64,000 nt of DNA from Kondoa subrosea. Taxonomy: Eukaryota. The translations under genes were made by a program, and so were the position numbers. The stretch lies in assembly GCA_039545335.1 (NCBI GenBank), contig BCIN01000003.1, positions 682,001-746,000 on the forward strand. The letters are read 5' to 3'. Shown piece by piece: positions 13,001 to 26,198 of this stretch (position 1 is the stretch's first letter; every line of letters begins with the position of its first letter). The notes under the pieces are model-generated. The model saw only the letters and a program-made list of their open reading frames with translations. It had not been told where the DNA came from and searched no databases.

Positions 13001-16000
13001 AAATTCCTGCAAGAATCGGCATCCAAGCAATAGCAAACATAGGTATGACATGTTCTATCGATGAAGCAGCAAAGAATTGCTCTGTCGATCGAGCTGCTGC
13101 TCCTCTTCTTTGACCGCGCAACATGGTTCGGAACAAAGCTTCTGTCTTCGATGCCATACCCTCTGATTCAAGAACGTATGCTTCGCGTTGTAAATCACGA
13201 CCGACTCCAGCTAGAGCGCCAGCAATGCCTGTTGTTGGTTGTATTCCGGTCAGATCTATTTCATCCTTCATCCGAATCTCGGAAGCAACGATTTCGTCAA
13301 AGATACCGGTGAGCATTTCTTCCAACACATCCTGACCATCGTTGATACCTCGATTGTTTTTTATGAATTCAGCTTTAGACATGCGATTTTTGACCTGAGG
13401 ACTGTGCTGATCTGTATTCAGCATAATAGTAGAGTAAGAGAGAATATAGGCGGTATCTGATAGAATTGATCAGACTATGGCACATAATCGCAAGACCAAA
13501 CATACCTGCGTTGACGAAAACCGTAGGGTTGCCGCCAATATACCGGTCGGCAAACTTCAGCATGAAGCGATCGATCTTTTACGATTCGCCAGGTAGACGG
13601 AAAGATTGTAAGAAAGTACGGAGAGCATCAGTGAAGCGGGTGTTGGTGAAATCCATCATATCGACGAAAGCATGCATGGTCGCTACGTTCTCGTCATCCC
13701 TGTCATACGAGCATCAAATGAGACCAGCCAACGACGACATGCGAATGATTGTGCCTACCCTTCTCCTAGGTATTCACCGATCATGGCCTTATTCAGACCA
13801 TCAGCTTGCAATAGGAAACGAGCGACATCTTTTGGTTCAGCAGATCGAATGAAGCCATGTTCGATAAGGAATTTAACACCCTGATCGAAAAACATGAAAT
13901 TTCCGAGCGAAGTGCTTCAGCCGTACTCACCTTTTTCGGCTTGAAGTTGAACTTCTTTATTCCTTCAAGTAAAGTAGTCTTTCGCTGTTTAGCATTCTCA
14001 AACCGACTGGGATCATCGCCAATATCAGGAGTAGCAGTTCCACTGTTTCCATTAGCAGCATGATGTAAATCGGTCTCGCTTGAACTGAATCGTCTATCTT
14101 CGCTGAATCGATTCATATCGTCTGCTGGTAAGGCTAGGGCAGCAGAGAGTTCCGTTGTAGATCCACTAGTAGGCAAAGAACCTTTTCCAGCCCAGCTGAC
14201 CAAAGAACGTAAGGTGAAAACAAGCGCTTCTAGTGATTGTCGCTTGAGTCTCGTTTCATATGGCATGTTGCCGTAGACGTGCGTTTCAGCTGTCCAGGAA
14301 GAAAGATTGGCGGGATTTGGAGAGTTTGGAGCAGGTGGAGCAGTAGCGAAAGATCCAGCTGAAGGAGGTGCTGTAATCAAGTCATTGCCTGGATGTACAG
14401 AAGGAATAGTTGAAGTCGTGTAGTGAGTTGTAACGGTACGAGAGACGATATTAATCAACCTTTCGTAAACGTTCTCAAGAGAACTTCGATCGCAATCATA
14501 GTTGATGTAGATTTCGACCAAAGCTTGGGGATCATGACACAGCCGAGACATGACTGCGAGTAGAATGGATTGGTGTTTGACTGTTGAGCTCTTGATTTCA
14601 AGGATAGGTAGGAAGATTTCATTGAGCAGGACTTCAATTTCCTTCTGTTGATGTCAATATCATTAACTATCAGTGCCGAAATAAAGAAAGCAAGTCGTCT
14701 ACTGACTTTCAGCTTATTCCGCATTCCGCTGAGTACACGCCAGAAGATCTCGCAACTCAATTCAAAAACGTTGATGACTGGACTAAGACCATTTCTGCTC
14801 AAGCTGAGACATAGATATTGCTTGATGGCGACAATGAAAGGCGTCTGTTCTTCTCCCGAAGCGAAATGGATGATGACAGTTGGATCGACGAAAAGAGGCA
14901 TATAATTATGAAGGATAGTAAGAATGAGATGGAGTGAGAGTAATTCGGATCGCATAGCGTGAGAAGATCGCGTTCTGATTCACTTCCAAGAGGCTTCATG
15001 GATAGCTTGCATAGTGCTCGGAAGACGAGGAAAGCATCTTTGACATGCAGATCTTGAGTACTCATCGATGCCAAGTTTTTGCGATCCGGTAAGTTTTCAA
15101 AATCGTTCTTCTTCTCAAACGTTTGCCTATAGCGCTTCGTTAGCAGGTTTCAAAGTCTGTCCGAGGACTTACCTTTGCAAGGTAATCTTTTCCGTCAAAG
15201 CTGTACCATTCACTGTACCGTTCACAGCAGGAATCTCTTCTTCTGCCTTGTCGACTTTATCAGCTTCTTTTTCTTTTTGAACCTCTTCGGCGTCTTCTTG
15301 ATCTGGTCGAACGGTTTCCGTGCTTCCTCTTGCTTTGTCTTCTTGTTCAGCAGTACCTTTCTCCTCCTCTCCTTCAGAGCTTTACCCTCTACTTTTACTT
15401 CATCCACTCCGTCAGCCTTCTGTGTTGTAGTAGCAGGCAAAGGAGCGACTTTATTGTTCAACCCAAATCTACCAACAACAGCTCCCACAATTTGACCCAA
15501 AGCACCTTGAGTGACCATCTGATTTTGTTGACCTTTAGAGAGTAGAAAGACGTTATAGACTGTTCTGACTGCTTTGAGTAAACTAGATTGATGTACTGGT
15601 ACGGTAGAACTGAGTATGAGTGATAGTAGAGCAGATAAGATATGTAAGTTGACTGCATCTGGACCAGTTTGTTTTGGTATTGAAGTCATTGAACTTGATT
15701 GCGAATCAGAACTGGAAGAGGAAGAGGAAGTATCGATAAAACAGTTGCAAATGGTAGAAACTACTTCTTCTGCTAATTCTGGATCTGAAGTATTGAACAC
15801 TGCTGCAGAAGCTGATGCGATGGATGATCTTCTACTACTACTACTTGTTTCGTTAAGATCTTCAGTTGAGGTTGAAGGAGTTGGTCCGGTTTGTTGTGAA
15901 GCGAAACCAGCATGAGAAACTAGTTTGCCTATACAATCCAATGCAGCGATAATCATGGGGTATGAACGAGTTTCGCATGCTAGTTTTAATGGCGTGAGGT

Positions 16001-16036
16001 TTTAACCGTGGATCCAAAGAAGTAGGGTTTGGTGAT
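10080..16036 (-). pseudogene. SEC7: Inverted, 5'- and 3'-truncated SEC7 copy with introns retained
   Basis: Collinear with 51727-57712. Lesions: +1 nt near 16000, -1 nt near 15370, 4-nt deletion near 14965, CAA>TAA at 13579-13581 in the Sec7 [12 protein letters not shown] motif. Final exon absent. Confidence 0.92.
11773..12228. other. Assembly gap (run of N) inside the SEC7 copy
   Basis: Flanks map to ~55527 and ~56021 of the intact SEC7, so the gap length is roughly as expected. Confidence 0.98.
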
Positions 16037-16037
16037 C

Positions 16038-18109
16038 TTGTGCTGAATGTTTGGTAAATCATCGTCCAAGGCGGCTGCCTTTTCTGGCTGAATGAGAATC
16101 TGTTTCGGCTCGTGGTATCCGTTGCTTGTCGAGCCATTGATCCCATTGGCCAGGAGACCAAGATGAGACGGTCGAGCACAAGCAAGAGCAAGCTATATTT
16201 TCGTCGCAAGGTTGTAGACGAACCAATACCTCGATTATATCCAGCCCCGTATACACCGTGGAACAACTCTCTGCAAGCTTATATGCTCAAAATCACCTGA
16301 ATTCGCTGCCTTCCGAAGCGGAATCATGTTTTCTGTCAAATTTGTTGTTGAGACACACAGATACCCTCAGACTGTGTCTTGTCTGCTTCCCACTGACGAT
16401 GTATATTCGCTATGTCGCATGCGCTTTGCTAGCCTCGATCAAGATCACATTGCATTCATGTCTCGGGTCGCCAAATTCACCTCCATTGGGCAAGCAGACT
16501 CTGATCTCTATGCGTGCACATCTTCCTGTGGAACAGATTAGTCAGTGCCCGATTGTATGTGTTGTCGTTCGACGCGACTTAATCTCCGACGCGACACTTT
16601 CACCACAACCACCGAAGTCCTCATGTAGTTATCATTACGATCAAGCTTCTCCTACCTTTTTCCATTTCTTGCACTGCCTTCTAGTCTCACTGCCGATGAA
16701 GCAAATTAATCACGACATCGCTGCTTGTATTCTCGCTTGTTTAGCAGCGGATCATCCAGCAGAGGCTAAATCCACTTTGTACCAAGCATGTCTAGTCAAC
16801 AAGATCTGGTATCTCTTAGCTCGACCTCTTATCTACCGTCGAATCGCAATCACTCATCAACCNAAGCGATTCTTCGAGAANATNAAGNNCTCNACANNTN
16901 NNTGTCANNTATTNCAAGAACTCGATTTCAGTAATATGGGCCTCTGTCCTCTACACTGTGGGCATACTTGGCATGACTTGGTCGAAATATTGCCTCTCTG
17001 CCCAAATCTGAAGACGATTAAGTTTGGTGCTTTGTCGGGATATCACGCAGCTAGACTGCTGTGCACTTTGGCTCGCTATAATCCTGGCGTGAAAGATAGT
17101 GAGTTTTAAATCGACTCAAGAAATAGCAGACTGAAGCTTCTGTTAAGTTTCGTTTGAACTGTTGTGCCCATCTGGTTTGATGGGTTATCAAAGAGTATGC
17201 TTTCTTTGCTTGATTTGTGGCACATTTTGACCCACTACGTCTAGCGCTGGGAATGGGTTGATTTCAATGAGTAAGTGAAGCCTTCGTATCTCTGACAGTA
17301 GCCGAATTGATTTCTGTTGCCAGTCTTCAACCTCATCTGCACAATTGGCCAAACGTCGAGCTCCTCGACTTGGACATTCACATCAACAGTTCTCCTTCAC
17401 CTCGCTATCAACCGGAAGGCTCGAAATTGACCAAGCTCGTTCTCGCTAAACCTCGCTTGCAATCCGATACTCTAGCAATGCTGTCACCATTCAGCTCTCT
17501 TTCTGATCTTCGAATCTATCAACCTCACACTATTCTAGAGCCTCACGAGATCGTATCTTCCCTAGCTCATGCACCTAGGATCACATCGTTAACACTACAT
17601 CTGGCACCAAGTCCAGCAAGCCAAATCACTCACGCGCTAGAGCTACTTCCAATGCTCACTTCGGGTGCTAGAGCATGTGAGCTTCTTAAGCTTTGTGCTT
17701 CACTGGAATATGTTGCTCATTGTTCAATTCATTACCGAACAGGTATAGAAATGAGGAAAGCTTTCAAGACATTATGGATTGCTTGTCCTGCGGTGAAGAA
17801 ATTGGAAATATGTGCTGCTATGATTGATGTTGAGGATTTATTGGTTGGTTTACCACTTCGTATTACGCATCTCTCTGTTGGTCATTTTGGTGCGACTCAA
17901 TCTGAAGCTGTCATGTAAGCTTAAGTCTTCTTTCTCTGTCTGTTCTCTTAAGCTGATACCAGATATATAGGAGAGGCATCGAGGTATTGAAGAAACAAAG
18001 AGGATTAGGGTTGAAGAGGTTCAAGTTACATGTGAGGCATAGCTGGTCTGAAGACGAAGTGGAGATGGTCAACTCAGCCTTTGCGAATCTAGGAGTTGTG
18101 AGCTGTCAT
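16038..18109. repeat. Direct repeat copy B
   Basis: Matches 6074-8144; the MED14 fragment (16038-16170) is degenerate and has lost its ATG. Confidence 0.95.
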
Positions 18110-18230
18110 TTTTCACTTGCCAGCATATCGCGAAACCTTGACGCGTTCTTTTATACAACAGGCGTTCGTTTGGGAAGGACGAAGAAAAGTCGATATGCCG
18201 TATATCGAGCGTTGCTGTGGGTCTGCTTAG
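16696..18230 (+). CDS. F-box/LRR-like protein, apparently intact copy
   Basis: Same F-box-like N-terminus and LxxLxL repeats as copy A, no stop at 17448, and a final exon AFVWEGRRKVDMPYIERCCGSA*. Confidence 0.75.
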
Positions 18231-18300
18231 AAGTCCTTTGCATATGAAATTACGCGAGTTTTCGCTTATTGTACAACTCAATTTCCTCGAGCTCTTCAAG

Positions 18301-21300
18301 CTACGTCTCTTTTAAACGTGCATTAATGGCCTCGACGGTCTTCGCGGCATCGCCAAACAACATCCGCGAGTTTGTGTAACCAAACATTGGGTTAGGCACT
18401 TCAGCATAGCCGCTCGACATGCCTCTCTTCATGATAATGACTCGTTCAGACTTCCAAGCTGCTAGTACGGGCATTCCCGCTATAGGAGAGCCAGGTTCTA
18501 GGGCAATCGGGTTCTGTAATGAGTCAGTACACAGCAAGTAAAGCCCTTCGTTCCACTTACACAGGTATCGTTTCTGTCAGATACCTTGAGCACGAGATAC
18601 TGCAAAGTAGATGGATAGCTTACGCTCCAATAACCAAAGTTACGTTGGTTTCCGCAAAATCATCATTGATCTCGTCTGTCGATAAAATCAGCGACAATTC
18701 AGGCAAAAGCTGTAGACCTACCCATCTCTAGAACAATATCATACGGAACAGATGCCTACTTTTATCGTTAGCTTTTGAGCCGACAATCCGGCAAGATCTG
18801 GCTCACCTCTGCCAAAAGGACATTCAGCTGGCCTGGCATGCGACCAGCTACTGGATGTACACCAAAGCGAACTTCGACACCTCTTGCTCGCAGTGTTGAG
18901 ACCATCTGCGCTACTTGGTGCTGTGCTTTAGCTACCGCCATTCCGTAGCCAGGAACTATGAACGGATTAGAGAGTTCAGGACTGGAATAAGGTGAGAACA
19001 GACTGATGATGACCTTGCTTGCGTTGAGTAATTCATCTACGGTCTCCTCTACGGTGGTCTTTGTTATGTCACCGATTGTAGTCGAGCTAGAAGATGAAGA
19101 GCTGGCAGCCGGGATGCTACCAAAGAGAACATTCCCTGTAGAGGATATTAGACAGCTAAACAAGGAGTTGAAGCGCGACTTACATATCGATCGGTTCATC
19201 GCTTTGCACATAATGTGAGATAAGATAGATCCACTGGCCGCTATCAGTGCTCCAACACTATGTTACGTCAGCTATACTTCTTGGTATACTTCTTGGCAAA
19301 CAGAAAGGGAAACTTGCCCGGTCAGAAGACTATTATCCAGCATAAGACCTTCAGCAGCCAACGCCAAACCACTATAGGCATTGAGCACCTAAGAAGCGCA
19401 TTAGCGAGAGATTTGTGGAAGGTCCATACGACATACAGTGATAACCACAGCTGGGGACTTGCATTAGCTAGAGTCGCTGGTTTGCAAAGCAAAGAACTCA
19501 ACGCGTATCAGCTGAACCAATTGCAGATGTTGTAGTAACACCTTGAATACACGAAAGAGCGGAGTTTGCCAGCAAACATCCCACTGCAACACCAGGAGAA
19601 GCTGCCCCGACCGAAAGGAAGTAAGCTCCAAATCCAACATTTGACGCCAGCAAGCTTGATTCGACTAATTTTCGACCAGGAAGAACGATAGGTTTAGAGC
19701 GCATTTTTCCGGCTAGCTTGAGAAAAGCGACGAGTGACCCAGTGAAGGTCAGACCACCAACGAATATACCCAGATAAGCCATTGCCCCATGTAGAGGTGT
19801 AATGTGTTCAAGATCACTTAAGACGGATGCTATACTGATCAAGATTGCTGCCAAACCAACTGTAGAGTGGAAGAGGGCTACCGTTTGTGGAAGCTGTATG
19901 GGTGAGACCTTTCTAGCGATGACCGTTCCAATTAGTGCTGCTCCGGTTGTGATCCAAGCAAATTGACTAAGAGCCGCAAAGTTTGTCGCAGCCAAAGTCG
20001 AAAGAATACCAATGGCAACACCTAGCATACCGAAGATGTTTCCAAGTCGTGCTGTCGACTGCGCTGCCAACCCTGAAAGCGAGCCAATGCATAGCAAAGT
20101 GGCAGTCAAGTAACCAGCTTGAACCAGACCGGAACCGCTAGCGTTCAGAGCGAGCAAAAAGCCTGCACCGAATAGTGCCGCGGGTATAGCCCATAAGTAG
20201 CTGTACTCAGGAGGATCTGTCGCCCGTCGAAACACTGCACAAGACTTAGCAGGTTCTCAAGCATAAAGCTGATCGGCATACGATCAAGCATTTTCTTCGA
20301 TACCGTGAAGCCACCAAATACATTCACTTGAGCCAAAAACACAGCAAACGCAGCCAAACTTTGCGGAACCGTTTGAGGCATTAATCCACCTCCAAGCAAG
20401 AGCATTCCAGCTGTTCCTACTAAACCAGATAGAGCATTCGTAACCGACATCAAAGGCGAGTGAAGTGCTGGCGTGACTCCATGTACGGTATTGTAACCAA
20501 TCAAAGAAGCGAGCGAAAAGGTCGACAAGCTTCCCATGAAAGGTGCTGAGGTAGAGCTTCCAATCGCAAGAGCTGATCCCAAACCGGCGCTGACGGTTGC
20601 TACTTCTGTAGTAACTTTCTGCCAAGGTGTAATAGTTTTGGCTTCCTCTTTGACCAGTGAAGGAGGAGGTACAGCGACCGATGCTTGTGGAGCGGCGGTA
20701 GCTGACGCAGAAAGCGCCGGCCAGAGCAAGTTGCCAGATTGCAAGATGATGGACTTACGGATGACCTCGTCTTCCAGATCAACATTGAACGACGAGTCTT
20801 TACCGATCGAAAGTAGGAACTTGGTCACGTTGTTGGAGTATAGAGTAGATGATTGAGTAGGTAGTCGAGAAGGTAGATCTGTGTAGCCAATGATGGAAAC
20901 ACCATGACGCGTAATCAGCTTGCCAGGTTCAGTCAGCACGCAATTGCCTCCGTTCTCAGCAGCCAAATCGATAACTACACTTCCTGGTCGCATAGCTCGA
21001 ATCATTTCTTCGGTAATCAGCTTGGGCGCCGGTTTGCCTGGGATTAGAGCCTGTCAAAATGATCAGCAACACATCGGAGAGATGAAGAAGGAAGAAACAC
21101 ACAGTAGTAACGATAATATCGACTTCTTTAGCTTGTGCAAGGAACAAAGCCATTTCCGCCTCAATAAACTCTTTAGACATTTCTTTCGCATATCCGCCCG
21201 ATCCATCTCCAGCTTCTTTGATATCGACAGTCAAGAATTCTGCACCAAGAGATTGAATCTGCTCTTCTACTGCTGCGCGAGTATCGAAACCTCTGACGAT

Positions 21301-22070
21301 GGCGCCTGCTCGTTTGGCTGTCGCGATTGCTGATAGACCAGCTACTCCTCCACCAATGACCAAGACTTTCCTGTGTGCGAACAAGCTCGGTCAATTATGA
21401 CGAACGTACTGACTGAGTGGTGCACATACGAGGGAGGAACTTTGCCAGCAGCCGTAACTTGACCACCAAGAAACCTTCCATACACATTACTGGCTTCCAA
21501 GACAGCTTTATAACCAGCTATATTCGCCATGCTGCTTAAAGCATCAAAGACTTGGGCTCTTGAGATACGAGGAATACAATCCATTGCAAACGCCGTGATT
21601 TTACTCTGTTGCATCGCTTTAACCAATTCTGGATTGATAGCTGGTTGAACAAAGGAAATCAATGTCGAATCCGGACGGAGGTGTTTAAGTTCCGTAGCCG
21701 CATCAAGGGATAATTGTGGTGCTCGTACTTTCAAGACTATGTCTGATCGTGAGAGAACATCTTCTTGTGGTACCACAGAGGCTCCGACAGCTGTATATGC
21801 TTCATCGGGGAAAGAAGCTTCAAGTCCAGAATTGCGACCAATTAGAACTTGTTTGAAGCCTTTCTTCAGTAATAAAGCTGCATTAGACGGTGTAATTGCT
21901 ACTCTTCGTTCACCAGGGTAGGTCTCGCGTGGACAGCCAACAATGAGCTCAGAGTAAGGTCGACCAGCAGAAGAAGCTGCTTCGCGTAATGAAACCGCGC
22001 TGCTACTGAAGAGTCGCTTTTGACATGGCGCTAATTGCCTAAGAGCTTGTAGCAGCTGATGGTTGCCCAT
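18301..22070 (-). CDS. NNT: Mitochondrial proton-translocating NAD(P) transhydrogenase (dI-dII-dIII fusion)
   Basis: Presequence-like N-terminus; [102 protein letters not shown]. Confidence 0.96.
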
Positions 22071-22231
22071 TGCCCAAGCGGCAGACAAGAGGACTTGCGG
22101 GGTAGGGTAGCTGAGCAACCGTCTTGTTTTTCTTGCGCTTCCTCCTCGTCTTCCGCGAACCATCTCTTCACTCAGTACTGCCACACACTCACCGCAGCAG
22201 CGACGTGTAGACTGAGACTGTCATAGCAGAA

Positions 22232-25152
22232 ATGGTGACCACGCGCAAGACTACTAAGAAACCCAAGAAAGCTATCGTGGAAGAAGATGATCCAGCAATG
22301 GACGTAGACGACAATGGCAGCGATTTCGAAGCTCCTACTGGTGCTGAGAAGACCAAGCAAGGTGCCCAAGCTGGCTCGGACGATGATAGTGTTCCCGCAG
22401 AGAGACCTGAGAAGCCTATTAAAGCAAAGAAAGCCAAGATTGCACCCGGTACTACAAAAATCAAGCCTACCAAAGCAGTTGTCAGTCGTTCGAAGATCCT
22501 AGGTCGATTGGGCCGTGTTCAGGACTTGTCTGTCGGTGAGCTCCTTTCATCTTCAGGCTGAGGAAAGCAGCTAATAGCCCAATGTAGAGGTGCTCTTTGA
22601 GGTGTGATAAGCTGTCTCTTTCGCAATGCCTTCTTCTCATTTCTGTTTTCCTCCTTTTTCCTCGATCAGATTCTAGGCAATCTCTTACCGCTTGACCTTT
22701 TGAGATTGTCAAGAGCTACAAAGTGGTTCCGCTCGGTTCTACTCAATCCTGTATCCGGTCCTGCTTTATGGGAGTCGGCCCTTGCCAGTCAGTATTCACC
22801 AACCGTATGCAGCTACAATCCTGATATACCTTTCTTTTCATTAGATGTCCCTCATCCGCGTGCGTTCCGCCTTCATCAAATAGCTCAACGGTCTGACTTC
22901 TTGATGCGCAGCTCCTGAACATCCTGAGGATGTTTCTCTTCCGTAAGTTGCGTCCATTCGCATTAAGCAATATACCGAATTTCTTTCCCTAGTGCTTGGA
23001 TGGCTTTAGTATTCGATAAGAACTGCTCCAACTGTGCCAGTAAAGTGGTTCAGAAAGCTGACTTCTGGTACATCTGCATCTCTATTCTCGGGCGGATCAA
23101 GCTGATAGATCTGGCGACAAAGGCTTCGTCAACGACTTTGCAACCCCTGCGCAAAAGCTAACATCGTTCGTACTAACGAAGATCTTGTCAAAGACAAATT
23201 ACCTGCTCGCAAACGTTTCGCAATGAAGATGATTCAGACTTCTTTAGGTGGACATCTCACTACGCACAAGTACGCTTTCTACCCAGACGAAGGAGGGTCG
23301 CTTTTAACTGACGAATGATAGTTACGCTCACTTGACTGGTCGTTATCGCATGTATAATTCAGTAATGGACAAACGTCAATTTCTTGCTGCTTACGATATG
23401 TTGCAAGATTACGACTACGATGCTGTATTAGCAAGAGAACGTGAGAAGAAAGAGAAAGAGAAGAACAAAGTTCATGATATGCTCATCAACTACGACAGCG
23501 ATGATCCAATGATCTTGAATGATTTTGTTTCGACTTATTACTTCGGTGGTGCTAGCAAAGCTGAACGTGAATACGAAGAAGCTTACATGAAAGATCACGA
23601 GGAAGTCAAGAAATTGGTGGAGATGCGTCAAAAATTGAGGAATGATGCTGAAGCTGAAGGTGCCACTACGCACATTCGTCGTTGCTACATCTGGGCTGCA
23701 GAAGAGAAGGACAACAAAGCTGGTGAGTTATGCTTTCAGGTTATCCAGATCTAGACACGATAAAGGCTTGCACAGCTACGAAACAAGATATCTTGGCTCA
23801 ACGTAAAAAAGAGTAAGCGGCCAATGAACTCCATATCTGCTTGCATTGATGTGTCCATCAGTATTATGGCGAAACTAAAGGAGGAAGGAGAGGATATCGA
23901 CACTCTTCCCGCTGATTTCTACGAGCAGTAAGTCCAGTGCAGGAAGAGAAGCTGGAGACATATTAAAGCAGTTTACAGTCAGGGCTTTAAGAGCGATCGA
24001 CCATTGACCAACACCATTTGGAAGACTCTTAAGGTCTGGCGTTCCGCTTCCTTCCTCTATTTGGTCTGAACTGTCACGTTATAGCCCAAATTACAATACA
24101 CCATCTCTGTTCTCCGCAAACGAGATCAGACCGAAGCTTCCTTTGCTCATTTCAAAGACAAGTTGTGGGCGGACTTCAAAGCCAGCGATCAATGGTCCAA
24201 GGATATTGTTGATGTTCATCCAGCTGACGTCTACGACTTCTCTGCTTTCATTCCTCTCTTCAATCGCGACATTGACGAAAAGCCGACCGACGAAGATTGG
24301 GCTAAAGCAATGGAAACTCTACCTAAAGCAATTGAGAAGTTCAGAGCAAATGTTCGAGCTGAAGTTATCAAGCTTGTACCAGCTAAAATGGTCAAACAAC
24401 AAGCTGAGGTCCCATTACTTGTACGATACTGGCTTCTCAGATTTCATTTCTCGGCTCATGATTTCGCTTGTCATAGGAACGTGCTGACGTCGTCTTCATC
24501 TACAAATTGTCTGAAGAGGAAGAAAACGGTCCTGGAAAAGGTCGTCGCCGTTGGGATCACTCATACAGCATGGCGCAACTGACCAGGTGAGTTACATAAC
24601 GAAATCGACTGTTCACTTCACCGATATAATCACTTTCCAGACCTGGATACACCTTCAAGGATCTCTTCTCTCATACATCTATGCGTAGCCCATTTGATCC
24701 TCAGTGTCGTACTTTGGAGGGAGTTCCGAAATGGCGCGGTGTCAAGCAATTCTCCTTTGACCAGGACTACTCCGATCTGCTCGTTAAAGTATTGAAGATG
24801 GCTGAACTCGATCCTTTGACTGCTACTTCAGACAAAATCAAGGCTGCTGGTGATCGCTGGATGACCACGATCCACAGTAGCTACAAGAACTTTCAGGCAT
24901 TTGATGCTATCGTAAGTCTTCCAGAAATCACATGGATACAGAATTGACTTCATATGCTCTCAGCGACATAGTCCTGAGTTGAGCTACCGGATCGGGAACA
25001 TCAGCTACGTCTCAGAAGCGGAACAGACCAAAGTCAAGGAAGAGATGGCTGCAAACAATGCCTCTGTTTCACATTATGGGCTGGGCAACTTGTTTGGTTA
25101 CGACAGCGATGAAGACATGGGCTTCATGGGTTACATGCATGATTACTTTTAG
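22232..25152 (+). CDS. F-box domain protein, basidiomycete-type (multi-exon)
   Basis: Basic/acidic N-terminus, then the F-box LSVEVLFE|ILGNLLPLDLLRLSRATKWFRSVLL...LWESA, followed by CxxC pairs (CSNC, CNPC). Confidence 0.75.
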
Positions 25153-25335
25153 GGAGTATCGCAAACATTAACAATGCATTGTACATAGCAGCACTCAGGC
25201 TAGCCTTCACATCGATGTCGAGCAGTTGCGGACCAGATTCCCTAGAGGAGTCGAAGGCCGTACCGTGAATTGTCACTTACTAACTGTATTCGCAAGATAT
25301 CGTCATCACACAACCATCCTCCAGCTTCCAAACCA

Positions 25336-26198
25336 ATGGAATATCGGCAAGCTACAGCTGAGGACGATGTGGAGCGCATGACAGAAGTGATCAATCAGGT
25401 ATAGGTTGTCGCAATGGGTCCGAAGATCAGAATGCTGAAAATACACAACAGGCATTTGTCAACGCCGGAGGCTATCTAGAAGAAGTGCTTCCTCTGCAAT
25501 ATTCTCTTTTTGCTTTGTCCAACCTTTCGCATGCTTGATCGACAGCTCACTCGCGACATCATGAACGGGAAGCGTGTACAGGTCGATGATCTTCGTAGTA
25601 CTCTAGAAGATCCGAAACGGTATGCTCTCGACGACGTTGAATTCGTATGATGAAATCATGAGTTGAGAAGATCAGAAGAAGAACCTTTCTTCATCTGTAT
25701 TGACAATAACAATTATATCATCGGAGCCGTGCAATGCTTATTCACCTCCGTGCCTTCTCGCTGTTTACTCAAGCTTCTGGCTGTTGATCCGTCCGTTCAA
25801 TCGAAAGGGGTCGGCAAGAAGTTGACTCTGGTTGCAATGCAATACATGGCAAAGCGCTGGCATTGCAATGAATGCGAAATAGAAGTACTGGAGAGAAGAC
25901 CGGAAGTGGTACAATGGTGAATCTCGTACTCTGGCTGTTGGATGGACGCCGGATTGCTGATTAGGCAATAGGTATGAGAGCCGTTTAGGCTTCAAACTTG
26001 TAGAAGGTACGATCAGGTGCTTACTTCTATCTCTACGTATGACTGACTGCATGGTAGGATCGGAAGGCAGAAGACTTGTCGGTCAGTAACGCTCATAGCG
26101 CAGAAGCTGATGCTGATGAAAGACTTCAAGATTGGCCAGAAAGGCTGAAAGGAACAGCGCCGGATGTGTATCTTGACATCATGCGCGTTGCGATATGA
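25336..26198 (+). CDS. GNAT-family N-acetyltransferase (paralog 1)
   Basis: MEYRQATAEDDVERMTEVINQ; acetyl-CoA motif A LLAVDPSVQSKGVGKKL; C-terminus DWPERLKGTAPDVYLDIMRVAI*. Confidence 0.85.
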
